DNA of 63,648 bases, the filler included, from Intoshia linei (lineage: Eukaryota; Animalia; Orthonectida), in NCBI GenBank assembly GCA_001642005.1. It is 7 parts of 7 records of this genome, joined end to end, with 100 filler letters (N's around TTAATTAATTAA, not from the genome) between each part and the next. Parts side by side here need not be neighbours in the genome. Positions count along the whole stretch, not along the records: positions 1 to 18,030 come from LWCA01000787.1; positions 18,131 to 30,584 come from LWCA01001078.1; 5 more parts are not named here. One strand, written 5' to 3'. The notes beneath the pieces are model-generated. The model worked only from the letters and a program-made list of their open reading frames with translations, was not told the DNA's origin and searched no databases. Both the position numbers and the translations under genes were made by a program. Each line of letters opens with the position of its first letter. The first letter of the stretch is position 1. Below, one piece after another: positions 13,401 through 26,279 of the stretch.

Positions 13401-13773
13401 TGTGGAAACTGGTACTACCGGGTTCATCTATGATTTTATATTTTTTTTCTTTAATTTTGGCATAATTACAAATGTTTGAAATGATATTTGAATTTGAACA
13501 AGACATTGTTTTAATCAAATTTAAGTTATTAACAGAATTTCTTTTGATATAATTGTTTCGATAATCAATTTTACTTGAATTTCGCAATTTTGACTTAGTT
13601 TTGGGTCTTTTCATTTTTTCCTTTTTTTCAATCATTTGATAATAATTTAATAGAATATCAGGTTTCATTATTGATTCTTTATTAATCATTTTATATAAAA
13701 TTTGCTTATTATTTTTTTCAGCATTTCTGTACCCTAATTTTAAATTTTTTTCGGTTCCAGTTTGCTGGTTCAT
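7480..13773 (-). CDS. TTLL4: Tubulin polyglutamylase TTLL4-like (many exons; both termini uncertain)
   Basis: [16 protein letters not shown] (about 10402-10450), [14 protein letters not shown]|[57 protein letters not shown]. The upstream Asn/Lys-rich ORFs (11881-12858, 13024-13773) are assigned as the long N-terminus only by strand and splice-like ends. Confidence 0.85.
9543..9860. mobile_element. pogo/Tc1-mariner-type termini (TA|CAGTGATCGCT) in a TTLL4 intron
   Basis: TACAGTGATCGCT at 9541 and 9826. A related sequence, TACAGTGGTCGCTCCCTAAATTGAACA...TACACTCAGCGATC, occurs at 51487-51536. Confidence 0.5.
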
Positions 13774-14582
13774 TAAAATTTGAAAAAATATTATTGTTTA
13801 AATAGGCAAATTAAATTTGATCTGAGATTATTAAATTTGAATTGATTTGTGAACTTTCATTCCATGTTCTATTTTATAATTTTAGATAGTTTTTCTTTAG
13901 AATTGGTAAGTGTTTTGTGCTTTTTAACTACAATGCTTACTTGTAATGTTAACTTTTCACTTGGCTAATTTCATGTTTAACCTAATATATTATTATACTT
14001 TTTATGTTCTTAGTCATTTCTAAAGTTTCGTTTTAGACAATATAAATTTCGACTTTATAATTGTCATAATTTTATGTATCATGATTCCAGCCCCTATTCA
14101 AAATAGCTTAAGAAATGTTTTTAATGAAAATTTTATTATGGAGAAGTGACTTATATTGTTTAAATGTATACGTAATTAGTTTGTATTTATAGAAAGATTA
14201 CTCAAATTAATTAAATACATAATTTATGCATTCAAATTCATTGTCATTTATGACTGTAGTCGGCAACCGGTATCCCACTAATAGTTTTAGTTGTTTTTAA
14301 TTTTTAAATAAAGATGGAATTGATTTTTTGATAATTTTTTTATCACATTTTCAGTATGATTATAGTATTTATGTAATAATATATTATAGTTTTTAATATA
14401 TTTATGGAATAAAAAACACCTTAGAATCTTATAAATGGAATTATAATTGAAAAATAACATATACTTTGTATATTATTTGTAAAGGTCGATATTTTTTTAA
14501 ATTTATGAAATTTTTCTTGAATTGATAAACTTAATTCATTTATCTTTTCGAAGATGCCACTTAAATAGAAACAACTCATAAC

Positions 14583-15530
14583 TAGGGCAAACTAATTCTA
14601 ACCTATAAAATCGTCAAAATATAACCTATCAAAATAAAATTCTAACTTTTTTAACCTATAAAAAATACATTAAAAATTCAATTTGGTCCCCCCTGTTAAA
14701 AAATTAAATATTAAGATTTATTATGGTACAATATTAAATATTTTTTAACGTTACTAGATGAAAAAATTTCTTTGTTTTGTGAGTAATTTCTTCAGCATGC
14801 TAAAAATTCTTTCTACACCGTTAGAAGTTGAAGGGCCATTTCTCAATTGGCTCTACAATGAAGGAAGTTTGGACTGATCCATAGCTAACATAATTTAATC
14901 GATATCATTCTTTTTTCTATATATAGTTGTATTTCACATGGATCAGGAATAAATTGTATTTTTTTATTGTATCATATGCTTGATTAATAGTAAACGACTT
15001 TTTTGCCATATCAATAACACCTAATATAGATGTATATCCGTTTAATTCATTATATAATCCTATCATAGATACAATTTGACCATTCATGTTTGTATTAATC
15101 ATTTTACAGTCAAACAGCATTAAATTTTGGGGGTTTTTCAAAGTATTTACAATTATATTTATATATTTAACATCGCTTAAATCGGTTTCATCCAACATCA
15201 TAAATATTATTTCATCTTTACAAACGATTTTATCTTTTCAATTTCAGTCAAACATACCTGGTCGATTTTACCATCACAATTGTTTTTAGATGTTAACGAT
15301 GTTGATAAAAAATTCTTTTAAGTTTTTGTTGTTTAACTTGTATAAGGTATGTCTACCGAGGCAAAAAATTCTACTATGTCAATGGCAAAATGACTTTTTT
15401 ATTTGCAATATTTATGGATTGGAGTAGTATCATTTAAAGTTAATGTTTGTGTTTAACAGACGACCTATGACTCTGAACATAATATAATTTTTCAAATGAG
15501 ACATCACAATTGCATTTAATAGAAATTAAA
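14583..15530 (-). mobile_element. Decayed DNA transposon with TAGGGC terminus (hAT-like), containing a transposase remnant
   Basis: About 500 bp are repeated in inverted orientation at 30685-31268, and the same terminus occurs at about 61400-61435. The internal ORF remnant (MMLDETDLSDVKYINIIV) resembles hAT-type transposase. The right boundary is approximate. Confidence 0.6.
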
Positions 15531-15669
15531 CTGCATTCATTTTAAATTCATTTGGAAATATTCTTAAAATATTATAAATTTTTTTAAGTATATAAGTGAC
15601 TAAATTGTAAAAGGTACACTGAATACAATGACGCTTGTGAGTCTCACAAATTTTTAATTTTTATAACTT

Positions 15670-16031
15670 AGCACTCGGAAAACGGGATTTTTCCTTCATG
15701 GTTGATAAAATTTTGGTTTTTCATGTTGTGATTGGATTAAGAGTTGTTTCTTGTGATGTTTGGTAAAATCGCAGTTCATAAAAAAATTAGGAAAAGTGAT
15801 TTTACCTTAACTTAAGGCTTAATGGTAGGTAAAATTCGATTTTTATTTTGGGTTGGATTAAAAGGTTTTTCTCACATAGTTTTTTGTAAAATCCTTAGAA
15901 GGAGTTTTTACATAAAAAACTTAAATTGTATTTTTTATTAAATTTTATCAATGGTGGGATAAAAGTGAGATTTTTAAGATAATAATTTAGCTGCAGTCTA
16001 GGGATCAAACCCCAACATCCGGCAACTCTAT
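15670..16031. repeat. Dispersed repeat ending CAACATCCGGCAACTCT(A/G)
   Basis: 15930-16031 matches 47600-47708. The upstream part contains degenerate GGTAAAA-type subrepeats. Confidence 0.55.
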
Positions 16032-16358
16032 AACTCGCCATTAATTTAAAATATAAACTAAAATTTTTAAAACCATTTTTCAAATTAAGTTATTTTGTAT
16101 TAAATTTTATAATTTTTATTACAATTTACATTTTTATTGCAATTTAACCTTTAATTTAAAGGTTTTATCTGCTGTTTCTATAGTTTTAAATTCTCTATCT
16201 GTCCAACTTTTTTTAAATTCCAAGAATGGTGAGTTATAGAGAGAATACTGTATTTTACATAAATGAACTTGTAATAAATATCCATAGATATCCATAGATA
16301 TTTACTGTTTATATATTATATATAGATATATATATTTATAAATATTAACTTACATGGA

Positions 16359-16445
16359 TGTTACTGACTGTGCAAGAATCTTAATTATTATTTTAAATTA
16401 TCATTGTATAATTAAACACCTACTCGAATAATCGACTTCTTTACA
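16359..16445 (+). repeat. Putative LTR (or its 3' portion) of the adjacent Gypsy element
   Basis: 87-bp TGT...ACA unit just upstream of the protease, with a second isolated copy at 25511-25595. No clear PBS or TSD. Confidence 0.5.
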
Positions 16446-18030
16446 AAATAATAATTAACTCTTACAAGATGCGAGATTCTACCCAAAGAGACAGTTTTGT
16501 TGGATTGATCAACTCCTCGATAGACTGTATTTTTCGAATGATCATGGTGATTCATTTATGTAAATCACAAACTGTAATATTTTATAGACACCGGCTTTAC
16601 CGTCAATTTGATTACAGCAGCCATACTGGCAAGTTTAAACTATACGTATAAACTCAAACCAACGACTGTACAATTATATACCGCTAATGGTTCTATATTA
16701 AAACACAACGGAATTGCAACTTTACTTATTAACAATAAAATTCTCAAATTTTATGTAGTGATACTGAAACAAATATAATGAAATTACAAGACTACGTAAA
16801 ATTAGGATTTATCATTATTCCTAAAATAAATTTAATAAATCAATGCAATGATTTCTCCGAAATGAGGACACGATATCAAAATCTTTTCTTTAGCGTGCCG
16901 GCTTTTTTCAAGGGTACCGAACATAAAATCGAGTTAAATGATGAAAGGAAATTAATTAAATGTCAAATATTTCCAATACCAATAAACTTACGCGACATCA
17001 CTACCTCGATAATCCAAAAAATGATCAAAAATGATATAATCGAACACAGCGTTTCACAATACAGATCACCATTTTTCTTGGTACCCAAAATCAAGGATAA
17101 ATATCGTTTCGTAGTGAATTACCGAAACCTTAACGCTGTAACTAAACCAGACTCTTATCCAACTCCAAATCTAAAATTATGCTTAGAACAGCTGTCTAAT
17201 AAAAAAATATTTACTACTCTAGACCTCTGTAGTAGATTTTGGCAAATTCTAATAGCAATAGAAGACAGACCAAAAACAGCATTTGCAACCACTTACGGTA
17301 AACGTCTTTATCAATTTAAGCGCATGCCGTTTGGTTTGGTTAACGCACCTGCGACATGTCAACGCGCTATGGACAATCTTCTAGGTGACTTAAAAGACGT
17401 TACGTTATACATGGACGACATAATAATCGCTTCCGTAAATCATGTCGATCACATGAAAACACTAGGTCAAGTATTCGAACGCTTAGAGAAAGCTGGAATT
17501 ACTCTTCAACCAAAAAAATGTAAAATGGGGAAACGGGAAATTAAAATATTGGGATATCTAATTAATGAAAAAGGTATGTTACCCGATCCAGAGAAAATAG
17601 AAGGCATTTTAAAAATACAAATACAAAAGACAATTAATATCGTTCTTGGGTATGTGCAACTACCATAGAATGTTTATAGTAGATTATGCATCTCTTACTG
17701 CACCTTTAAATAATTTATTAACACTTCCCAAAATTATATGGAATGAGAAGTTCGATCAATATATATAAAAATTAAAAACCGCTCTAACAAATGCTCCAAT
17801 AATGTCGTTTCCCAACACTCAGGAACCATATATACTCGAGACCGATGCGTCACATCAAGGTATGGGAGCAACCTTACAGCAAGGCAACCATGTCATAGCA
17901 TACTCAAGTATTATTTTTAATACAACACAGGTACGATACAGCACCGTAGATAAATAACTTTTGGCAATCGTCTGGACTATCGAAAAGTTTAAATACTATC
18001 TTTATGGTCGTCATTTCACTGTAATAACCG
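16359..18030 (+). mobile_element. Ty3/Gypsy LTR retrotransposon, degenerate (protease, RT, RNase H), cut by a gap
   Basis: FIDTG protease motif at about 16580-16594. RT ORF 16778-17668 (LDLCSRFWQI, RMPFGLVNAP, YMDD). RNase H (LETDASHQGMGATLQQ) follows a frameshift and contains an in-frame stop. Confidence 0.93.
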
Positions 18031-18130
18031 NNNNNNNNNNNNNNNNNNNNNNNNNNNNNNNNNNNNNNNNNNNNTTAATTAATTAANNNNNNNNNNNNNN
18101 NNNNNNNNNNNNNNNNNNNNNNNNNNNNNN
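18031..18130. other. Artificial contig spacer N44-TTAATTAATTAA-N44 (also at 30585-30684, 51537-51636, 58752-58851, 60551-60650, 62051-62150)
   Basis: Six identical 100-nt spacers whose core has stop codons in all six frames. Confidence 0.97.
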
Positions 18131-21059
18131 CAAAGCTTCATAAGTTTTATAAGATTCCAATAATTCAACAATCCTCAGTGGACCCAATTCTTGATGATAC
18201 TTTACAGCAATTTTAATGCAGATTTTAAGGTTCAATTGTAAATTATTGGAAAGCATTTCTTTAATACAATCAAAAGAATTTTCGACATTCAAAGTACTGA
18301 AAAATTGAATAACCCAATCTATATTCAATTGGTTTGCATTGACTAGTGCGCGTTTGATATCATAAATATCGGTGTAATGTTCTATCGCTCTTTGTATAAG
18401 ACCCGCGGATTCACATAAACGAGCAATTGCAGGACGATCATAATGACTAAACATGTTGTTTCCCATAATGGCATCTGCTACTTTAGGAGCTGATTTCAAA
18501 TTAACTTCCAATAACATGGTTTGCAAAGGTCCATCATTTGGATCATTGTTTTTTAAAGCTTCCAATAAAAATGCAGTAAATTCTTTAATCATATTTTTTC
18601 TAACAAATAATTCAGCTATATCACGAACATTAGTCAACTGACCACTTTCAATCAACATGTTGGCAAAAAGTATACTATTTGATGCGTCGTGTTCAATTAC
18701 GTCACTTAATACATACGAATAATCAGGTTTTAATCCAATTTTATCAGCATAAATAATTATATTTTTATATTGACCCGTTTTTGCCATACAACTAATAACT
18801 TTTGAAGGACATTCTGCTCGCAGATAAATTGACAATGCAAATTTAAGATTATACTGAGAAATTACGTCGCCAAGCTTTTCGGTGTATTGTAATTTGTTCT
18901 CTTTTAGCCATTTTTCAATCATGGAACTACGGTCTTGAGATAAGGCAATCTGACAAATTTCAATGGATTCAGTTTCATTCAAGGTAGATCTTTCCAACAA
19001 TAGAGCAAAGTATTGTAATATCCAAGGACTTTTACCTGGTTCAGTAGGCAAAGATTTAAAAAATGCAATATTCCTTTCAGTTCTCAACATTCCCCTTGGC
19101 GCACTAGCCACTAGATTTATAGCACTTTCGTATTTTCGTTCTTCACACAATTGATAAAATCTAAAATAGTACATTAAATTAAAAAACATTAATTACTAAG
19201 TCGTTGACTATATAAAATAAATGCTAATTTAAATATTTTCAATAATGAAAATTGTTATTCAATGAAAAATTTGAGTATTCCAAATTCAGTATATATTTTT
19301 GATGTGTAACCTTCAAAAAAATTGTTATCCCTGAAATGGGTACGAACGGTTTATCACAAATTTTGATATACATGTGCGTAGATGAATTGGATCGTACAGG
19401 GCTCTGCAATGTATGTCATTATTGTGTAGATGTAAAGGTCAACATTAAACTATATCGATAAATACTATAACATGGTTTTCTACGTTTTTAACCTTTTTTT
19501 ACACTACCCATATTATAGATAGATAAGTAATTTTGGCTTTACATTTATCACCAAATAAACTAAAATTGATAGTATTTTTTTTCTGGTAACACTAATTAAC
19601 CTAGTGGGTCAAACGCGACAGCCAATTTTAAAATAGGAGTCTTCTGATTCATTAGAATTAAACATAAATAATATATCTACCATTTCAATATTAAATCAAT
19701 AACATTTAAATTGTTAGCTAAATTTTTTTTATCGAACTATTATCGATTTAAAAAGTTTGATGGCCATTGGGTACCGCGTTAAACGATTGAGTATTTATAA
19801 ATTTAAAACGCGATAAAAAATAATTTGATTAAATGATACCTAGATTCAACCAACTTTTCTGATCCTTCAAGGTTATTTTTAGAAGCAAATCTAACAGCCA
19901 ATTCTGGGTTTTTCATTTCATTTTCTATATAGTTAATAATTGTCGATTCATCAATAGCAACAGATAAAACTTGTCCCTTTTTGTTGATTCCCATAATACC
20001 CGAAACGATATCATGTGGACACGTCACAAATATAGTATCGCTACTAATTCTATTCATGTACAAACACGAGCCACTTTCTGCATCATAAACGTGTATAAAC
20101 CCTCTTTTGGTAATCAAGTAAATCACTCCGAATTTCTCACCAGATTGCATGGCAACAGGAAAATCATCACTAGCTTCAGGTGGAAAAAAGAGTTCAACGT
20201 TTCGTTTTGGGAATGGAGTATTTTTAGGAGCCGGTTGGCCAAGTTCAATGAAATGTATCTAAAAACAAATGAAAAAAATAAAAAGTAAAAATACCAGTGA
20301 TGTATTTGAGGATTTTACTGAAAAAGAAATAATATTTGATTTTTCAGGGTTTCCCATCATTTGAACAGAACAAAAAACGGCAGCATGGCCTTCAATAATC
20401 TGAGAAGCTTTTTTCTCAATAGAGTAAAGTTGTAAAGTTCCAGCAATCCTATTTCCTTTAGATGAAATGGCTACAACTACAAGCCAAGTCATAGTTTCAT
20501 TAGTTCTGTAATTTATAATTTGAGAGTCTATAATTGACTTATTCAATTGGAATATCTTGGTTGGAGCCTCCTCATCAGAAATACTCCAATGCAAAACATC
20601 AGTGGACGTAATTATGGCAATTGTATCTTCCGAAATCCATTTCCAAAATATGACATCAGTATTCATGGAATGGGATTTAATTTTCTTTTTCGCATCGATA
20701 TCAAAAAGTTGTATAGTTAACCCAGCTAAATGGAAATTGGTCCATAACTAATTTAATAAAAATTACCTCTCAATCCAATAATGCCGCCTCGAGGGTTCAT
20801 AATAACGGCATCTGCCGAAATGGGCCTTCTGTTGACATTACTAGGATTGTTCAAATCGATTATAGCAACCTGGGTAGTATTATCGCTTGCTTTTTCACAA
20901 ACACAAATGTACTTGTCAGATTCCATTGTAACGGTCCGAAAACCAATTGAAGACGGATCAACCCCAACACTCGTAAGCTAGATTAATATTTATATAAGCT
21001 GTTTTGCAAAGTTTTACCTGCAACACTTCATTAAATTTTATCGGTAATGATTTACTCAT
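18131..21059 (-). CDS. CLTC: Clathrin heavy chain, N-terminal ~700 aa (truncated at the spacer)
   Basis: MSKSLPIKFNEVLQ, RRPISADAVIMNP, VIFWKWIS, SQIIEGHAA, DDFPVAMQ, MNRISSDTIFVT, VADAIMGNNMFSHYDRPAIARLCESAGLIQRAIEHYTDIYDIKR. Confidence 0.97.
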
Positions 21060-22121
21060 TGTTATTAAATTTCAAATATTTAAGAATGCTAAACTATTTG
21101 TTTAATTTCATCTTTGACGATAAATATTGACTAGGAGTAAACACATAGTTTTAAATCGATTTATAATGAAAATAACTTTATATATTTCAAAATCAATTTA
21201 TAAATAAACAATAAGCGACCATTATTCCCATTATTTAATATTTGATAAATTTGTCTTGGTGCTTAGCTTTAATTATAATTTTCACAATTGTATCAACGTA
21301 TTTGCCACAAATGCAACTTACAAAAAAATTTACCATAGTTTAATTTATTTTTTTAATTTTCTTGACCAAACATTAAGTTTTGTAAAAATTTTACGTTTTA
21401 CAAAAATAGACCTAGGGCAAAATTCGTTAATTTTTTCATGTATACATTTTATAATTATTATTTATACATTATTGTATTATATTGTCTTGTCTTGTCTGAT
21501 ACTGAACTCATCCGATTATAAATAATTTATTATACCTATTATATTCATTATATATTATTGTACTAAAAAAATTATCATAAAACAGATTCTCGAATATCAT
21601 CTTTATTGATAGAACAATTTTGAGTTTTTAGGAAATTTAAGATTTTTTTTGAACATACTTTCAAGTGGTTTTTAAGATTGGTTCAAAAAAAATATATATT
21701 ATATATTCATTAATTTAAAGATCACAAAAGTTAACTAGGTATATAACTAACTATAATACTAACTAACTATAACTAAAGAGAAATAAAATATAATTAATCA
21801 ACGAGTTCAAAAATTTGGTGATCAAAAATTAAAAGTTGAAGGTTACTAACTTGAAATACATTATAATTTCTATATAAATTTTATTATTATTATTATTGTC
21901 ATTATATAGGTTTCATTAAAAGTATTAATTGGGACATGCTCCAATAATTGGTACAACTTTGTTAAAACGATATATTTGATACATTAGATATAACAATAAT
22001 CAAAAACATAGTTAACCTATACTTTTATTATGCACAAAACTAAATATAATATATGGATGCGTCGTATACAATAATTTAAAATATTAGATTCTAATTTATG
22101 TACAATTTTTTATATACGTAA

Positions 22122-23065
22122 ATGGTAATTTAAATTTAAATTTTTATCAATTTAGTTTTTTTTATTTTAAAAGCAATTTAGGCTGGTTTAACTGATGAAG
22201 AATATAGAGGTAATTTTTAATATACGACTATCCACTTACTAAAAATGCAAAGATGGTTAAGCCTTTATTATTATTATTTTAGTTATTTTGTTTACTCGTA
22301 TATACTGTTCATCCAACATTTAAAAATGTGTTAATTTATAGTATAGAATTGGAGTTGGCTTTTCGAATTTTTGACAAGGATGGTGACGGAACAATTTCAT
22401 CTGTCGAATTAGGCACCGTACTTCAATCGTTAGGTCAAAATCCTACTCCAGAACAATTAGAAGAAATTATACAGGAGGTTGACGAAGACGGTAACTATTT
22501 TACAATGTAAATTAATTTACGAAGGTTACTAACGGGTTAAAAGCGATTTAGATTTTTCAAAGTAAAGTTATAAATTAATTCCTAGTCATTTACAGTTTGG
22601 TCGAAAAATTCCCATAAAATAAATTGAAAAAATAACGTTGTGTTGTGGAAATTGATTTGACGTATTTCAGTCTATAGATTACAAAATTAATATGCTAAAA
22701 TATATGAAATATGAAAGTTTGTGGTGTACAGTTTATTTTAAAATGTTTAGGAAATGGTATAATTGACTTTGAAGAATTTGTGTGCCTTATGATGAAGCAA
22801 AATCAGTCTAATGCTACAGAAGAATCTTTATTAGAAGCATTCCGTCTATTTGACGTGAATAACAATGGATATTTAACCATTGAAGAATTGTACGAAATGA
22901 TGACTAATCGAGGGGATAAACTGACTGATGATGAATTTACAGATATGATAAACGAAATTGACATTGACGGTGATGGTCAGATTGCCTATGAAGGTATGAT
23001 TTGGTTGTATTATTATATTTACTTTTTAACTAGAAATTGTGAAAACCTATATAAAGAACAATTAA
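22122..23065 (+). CDS. Calmodulin/troponin C-like protein with four EF-hands (5 exons)
   Basis: ATG|GTAATT first exon, then exons 22182-22209, 22348-22490, 22751-22993 and 23034-23065. EF loops [48 protein letters not shown]. Confidence 0.92.
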
Positions 23066-23775
23066 AACAAAAGAGTATAATTAACTCTTCAAACTTACAA
23101 AAGCACCATTATTAAATCACCGTTACCACTTTTTTATAATTGGATTTACAATTGTTAATATTACACGTGAGTCACGTGTAATAATAAATTTTATAAACAT
23201 TTGTACATGTGTGAATCGTCACATTTTATGCTTCTTTGTAGTGTGCATTACTTGTTGTTTATCATAATGTTGACGGTTTTAAAAACTAAATATTATTAAA
23301 TTGTGTATTTTTTATAATTCTAGGAATCGTTTGAATTTAAAAAAAAAATAATTGGTGTTTTTGACCTTAAAGGACTAAATTTTTTAAAATGACATTTTCG
23401 AAATACTGTATTATAAATGGGTTTTCTTAAAATTGCACGTCCATTACTTTCTTAGTTTCTACACTACATATAGTGATCACACAAAAACTGCACCAAATGT
23501 ACTAGGTTTCATAAAGAAATATTTTTTAAAGTTGAATTTTGTTGACTAATGGAATAATGATAATTATTATAACAGGGAATTTTGTAATCCGTTACGCAAT
23601 TTTTAAGATTTGTCATTTGATATCTATACTGGTATATATTTTACTTCATAACGACGAAAATGACTCGAGATTTATCCTAATTTACATTGGAAATTAAATT
23701 AAGTTAAATTGGAAACTCTATGTCCAGGAAAGGTAAAATGAATAATGTTTATTTATTAACTATTAATAATTATTA

Positions 23776-24259
23776 TTAATTATTTTGTAAAATATAAATA
23801 AAACACGTGAGATAAATTTGATAAATACAATTAATGAATATATATTGACAAACTATATTCATTACCATCTTTGAAACCATACAAAACTCTGAAAATACGT
23901 AATTGGTAAGTCTTGAATGTATAACACTGTATATTACCATTACTCCAGAATACTTTAATGTTTCCGAATAAAAATTCCCATCAAATACAATATCCAGTAA
24001 GTTGATACAAACCATCAAAAATTGTAGCAGACTGAATATCACAACCTCCAATTTGCAATAATACACTAATTCCCATGGAATTTTAAAATAACGGTGAATC
24101 TGCCAGGTATCGAAGTCGAATAATTGAATTGAAGTTATATCATTAAAATATACTACAACTAACAAAAATATGCCATTCAATAATATTTGCATGATCCATC
24201 CGGACGGTGTTGAAGTAACACAATAAAATACTGATCGTTAAACAGAAAATCTTTGACAT
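23776..24259 (-). CDS. Possible small orphan secreted or membrane protein (spliced)
   Basis: ATG at 24259 gives signal-like MSKIFCLTISILLCYFNTVRM. A GT...CAG intron links it to the 138-aa ORF frame. No recognisable domain. Confidence 0.3.
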
Positions 24260-25075
24260 TATTTATATTTTAAACTAAAATTAATATTTAGTAAGATTTC
24301 AATATAAATAAACATTTAAGTATATATACATTGTATATATAATTGTAATTATTTACATTAATTTTTAATATATACAGAGGTCTTCAACGCAACGGTTTCA
24401 AAATTTGGGGGCGTTTTGAGATTCATATAGGGATCGCAAGATGAAAAAAATTGAGAATTAAAGTGTTGTGCATGTAAATTATGCCAATCCTACGGTAAAA
24501 GTATCAAATAATGTATAAGCTAATACAGGGTTTCCCAACGTTTTCGAAGCTATGGATCCCTTTTTTACTAATTTTTTTTCTATGAACAAATTATATTTTT
24601 TACATATAATTAATGATGATTAAAAAATATTACTTTTTAACATTTTTATTATACCAAAAACATATATTATCGTTGAAAATCTAACTTAAAAATCCTATTA
24701 TTCACTATTATATTATATTATCACTATTCCAATTCTTAAAGCATTAGCCTGCAATTGGATGGATGCAACCAATGGCGACTCTGCCTAATCGAGATGACTC
24801 GGTATACCATTTCTATGACAACCACATATTTTTTTTAAATTATATTTGAAAATAATAAATATCAAAAAAATTTACAAATAAAAAGTACAGAAGAACGGAA
24901 TGGAATTTTTTTCAGGACCAAAAATTCCGTCGACGAGGAATTAGTCTGTAATTATAAACTAAATTCGAAGATTAATTAAAATTAACGTAACTAAGATGTA
25001 AATAATGTCTCATATACTTTTAGATGTAACCGCTATATAAATTTAATCTATAGATTTATTACTATTCAAATTTAA

Positions 25076-25289
25076 CCCTTTCACTGTCTAATACTATTTT
25101 ATGATGCATCACCACAGGTCTGGAATTTATGTTTTAATTTAAACTTGTATTATTTTTAAATTACCTATGTGAAAATGTATAAAAATAAAAGAATATTGTT
25201 TTTCATAATTATTCTGTATATCATAGAATACACAGACGTGTAAAGTGAAATTGCTGTGTATAGTATATAATACACAGACAGTGAAAGGG
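25076..25289. mobile_element. piggyBac-type MITE (214 bp)
   Basis: Perfect 14-bp TIR CCCTTTCACTGTCT / AGACAGTGAAAGGG flanked by TTAA on both sides. Confidence 0.9.
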
Positions 25290-25510
25290 TTAAGAAATGT
25301 AACACTTGAAAATATTACATATTTTATTTTTTTTTATATTTTTCTAGTTTTTCAAAAAATAAAAAATAATTAATATATAATAATATTAAAAATCCAGCCC
25401 ACGAGATAATAGTATGCGGCCCGCGAAATCGAATAAAAGAATTACTTAGTAATTTCGTAATTATTTACTTATTAGTAAAAGATATTTACTAAAGATATAT
25501 TAATGCTATA

Positions 25511-25595
25511 TGTTACTATACTGTCCAAGAATCTTAATTATTATTTTAAATTATTCTATAATTAAATACATATTCGAATAATCGACTTCAATACA
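25511..25595 (+). repeat. Solo copy of the putative Gypsy LTR segment
   Basis: Similar along its length to 16359-16445 (TGTTACT...CAAGAATCTTAATTATTATTTTAAATT...TCGAATAATCGACTTC..TACA). Confidence 0.55.
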
Positions 25596-26279
25596 GTCAC
25601 TTTATTAAAATGTTAAAGTCCTTTCCTTACATTTTTTAGCTAAAATGACATACAAAATTATTGGTTGTATGGTACCCATATTATGGGTCAATTATTATAA
25701 AAATTGAGTTACAGTAACACAATGTTACTAACTAATAATTTAAACACTCAATATAGTAAATGTTATCAATCTAAAAATGTGTGATTATTATTTTGAATTA
25801 TGGAGGAGATAATTTTAAAAAAATATGTGTGAATTATGGGGTTAGGAGATTCTATAAAGGTTGATAACCCCTGGTCTAAATAAATGCTTCTTAAACTTTT
25901 TACAAAATAATTTTTAACATTATTTTATAGATTTTATGATGTAAACTGTACAGATATTTTCTCTATTTATATTTTCGACGACAAATTATAATTTTAATAA
26001 CAATTATATCTTTAAATATTTTACATAATATTCGAAAAAACGACAAATGAATACTTTAAAACTATGTAGAATCTATATGGAATTCTAGAAGAAAAGTAAA
26101 ATTTATTTAAAACATTGAGACAAATACAAAGTAAATTAATGCTTGATTTTTTGTACGAGTAGTTTTCTTATTGTTTTATAATAGTGAGTAATTTTACTGA
26201 CATTTATTGTGAAAAGAATTTTCTAAATTTGGAAATAATTGCTAATATTTAAAATGAATTACCTTGGCAGATTGAACAT

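Noticed and set aside
12927-13465. Plus-strand ORFs 12927-13370 and 13277-13465, and other antisense ORFs over VDAC, CLTC, HCN and the piggyBac
   Set aside because: They are shadow frames of real coding sequence on the opposite strand, with no motifs.
18075-18086. TTAATTAATTAA motif recurring six times as a biological repeat or piggyBac target
   Set aside because: It is always centred in N44 flanks, so it is an assembly spacer. ORFs ending in X runs are artefacts.
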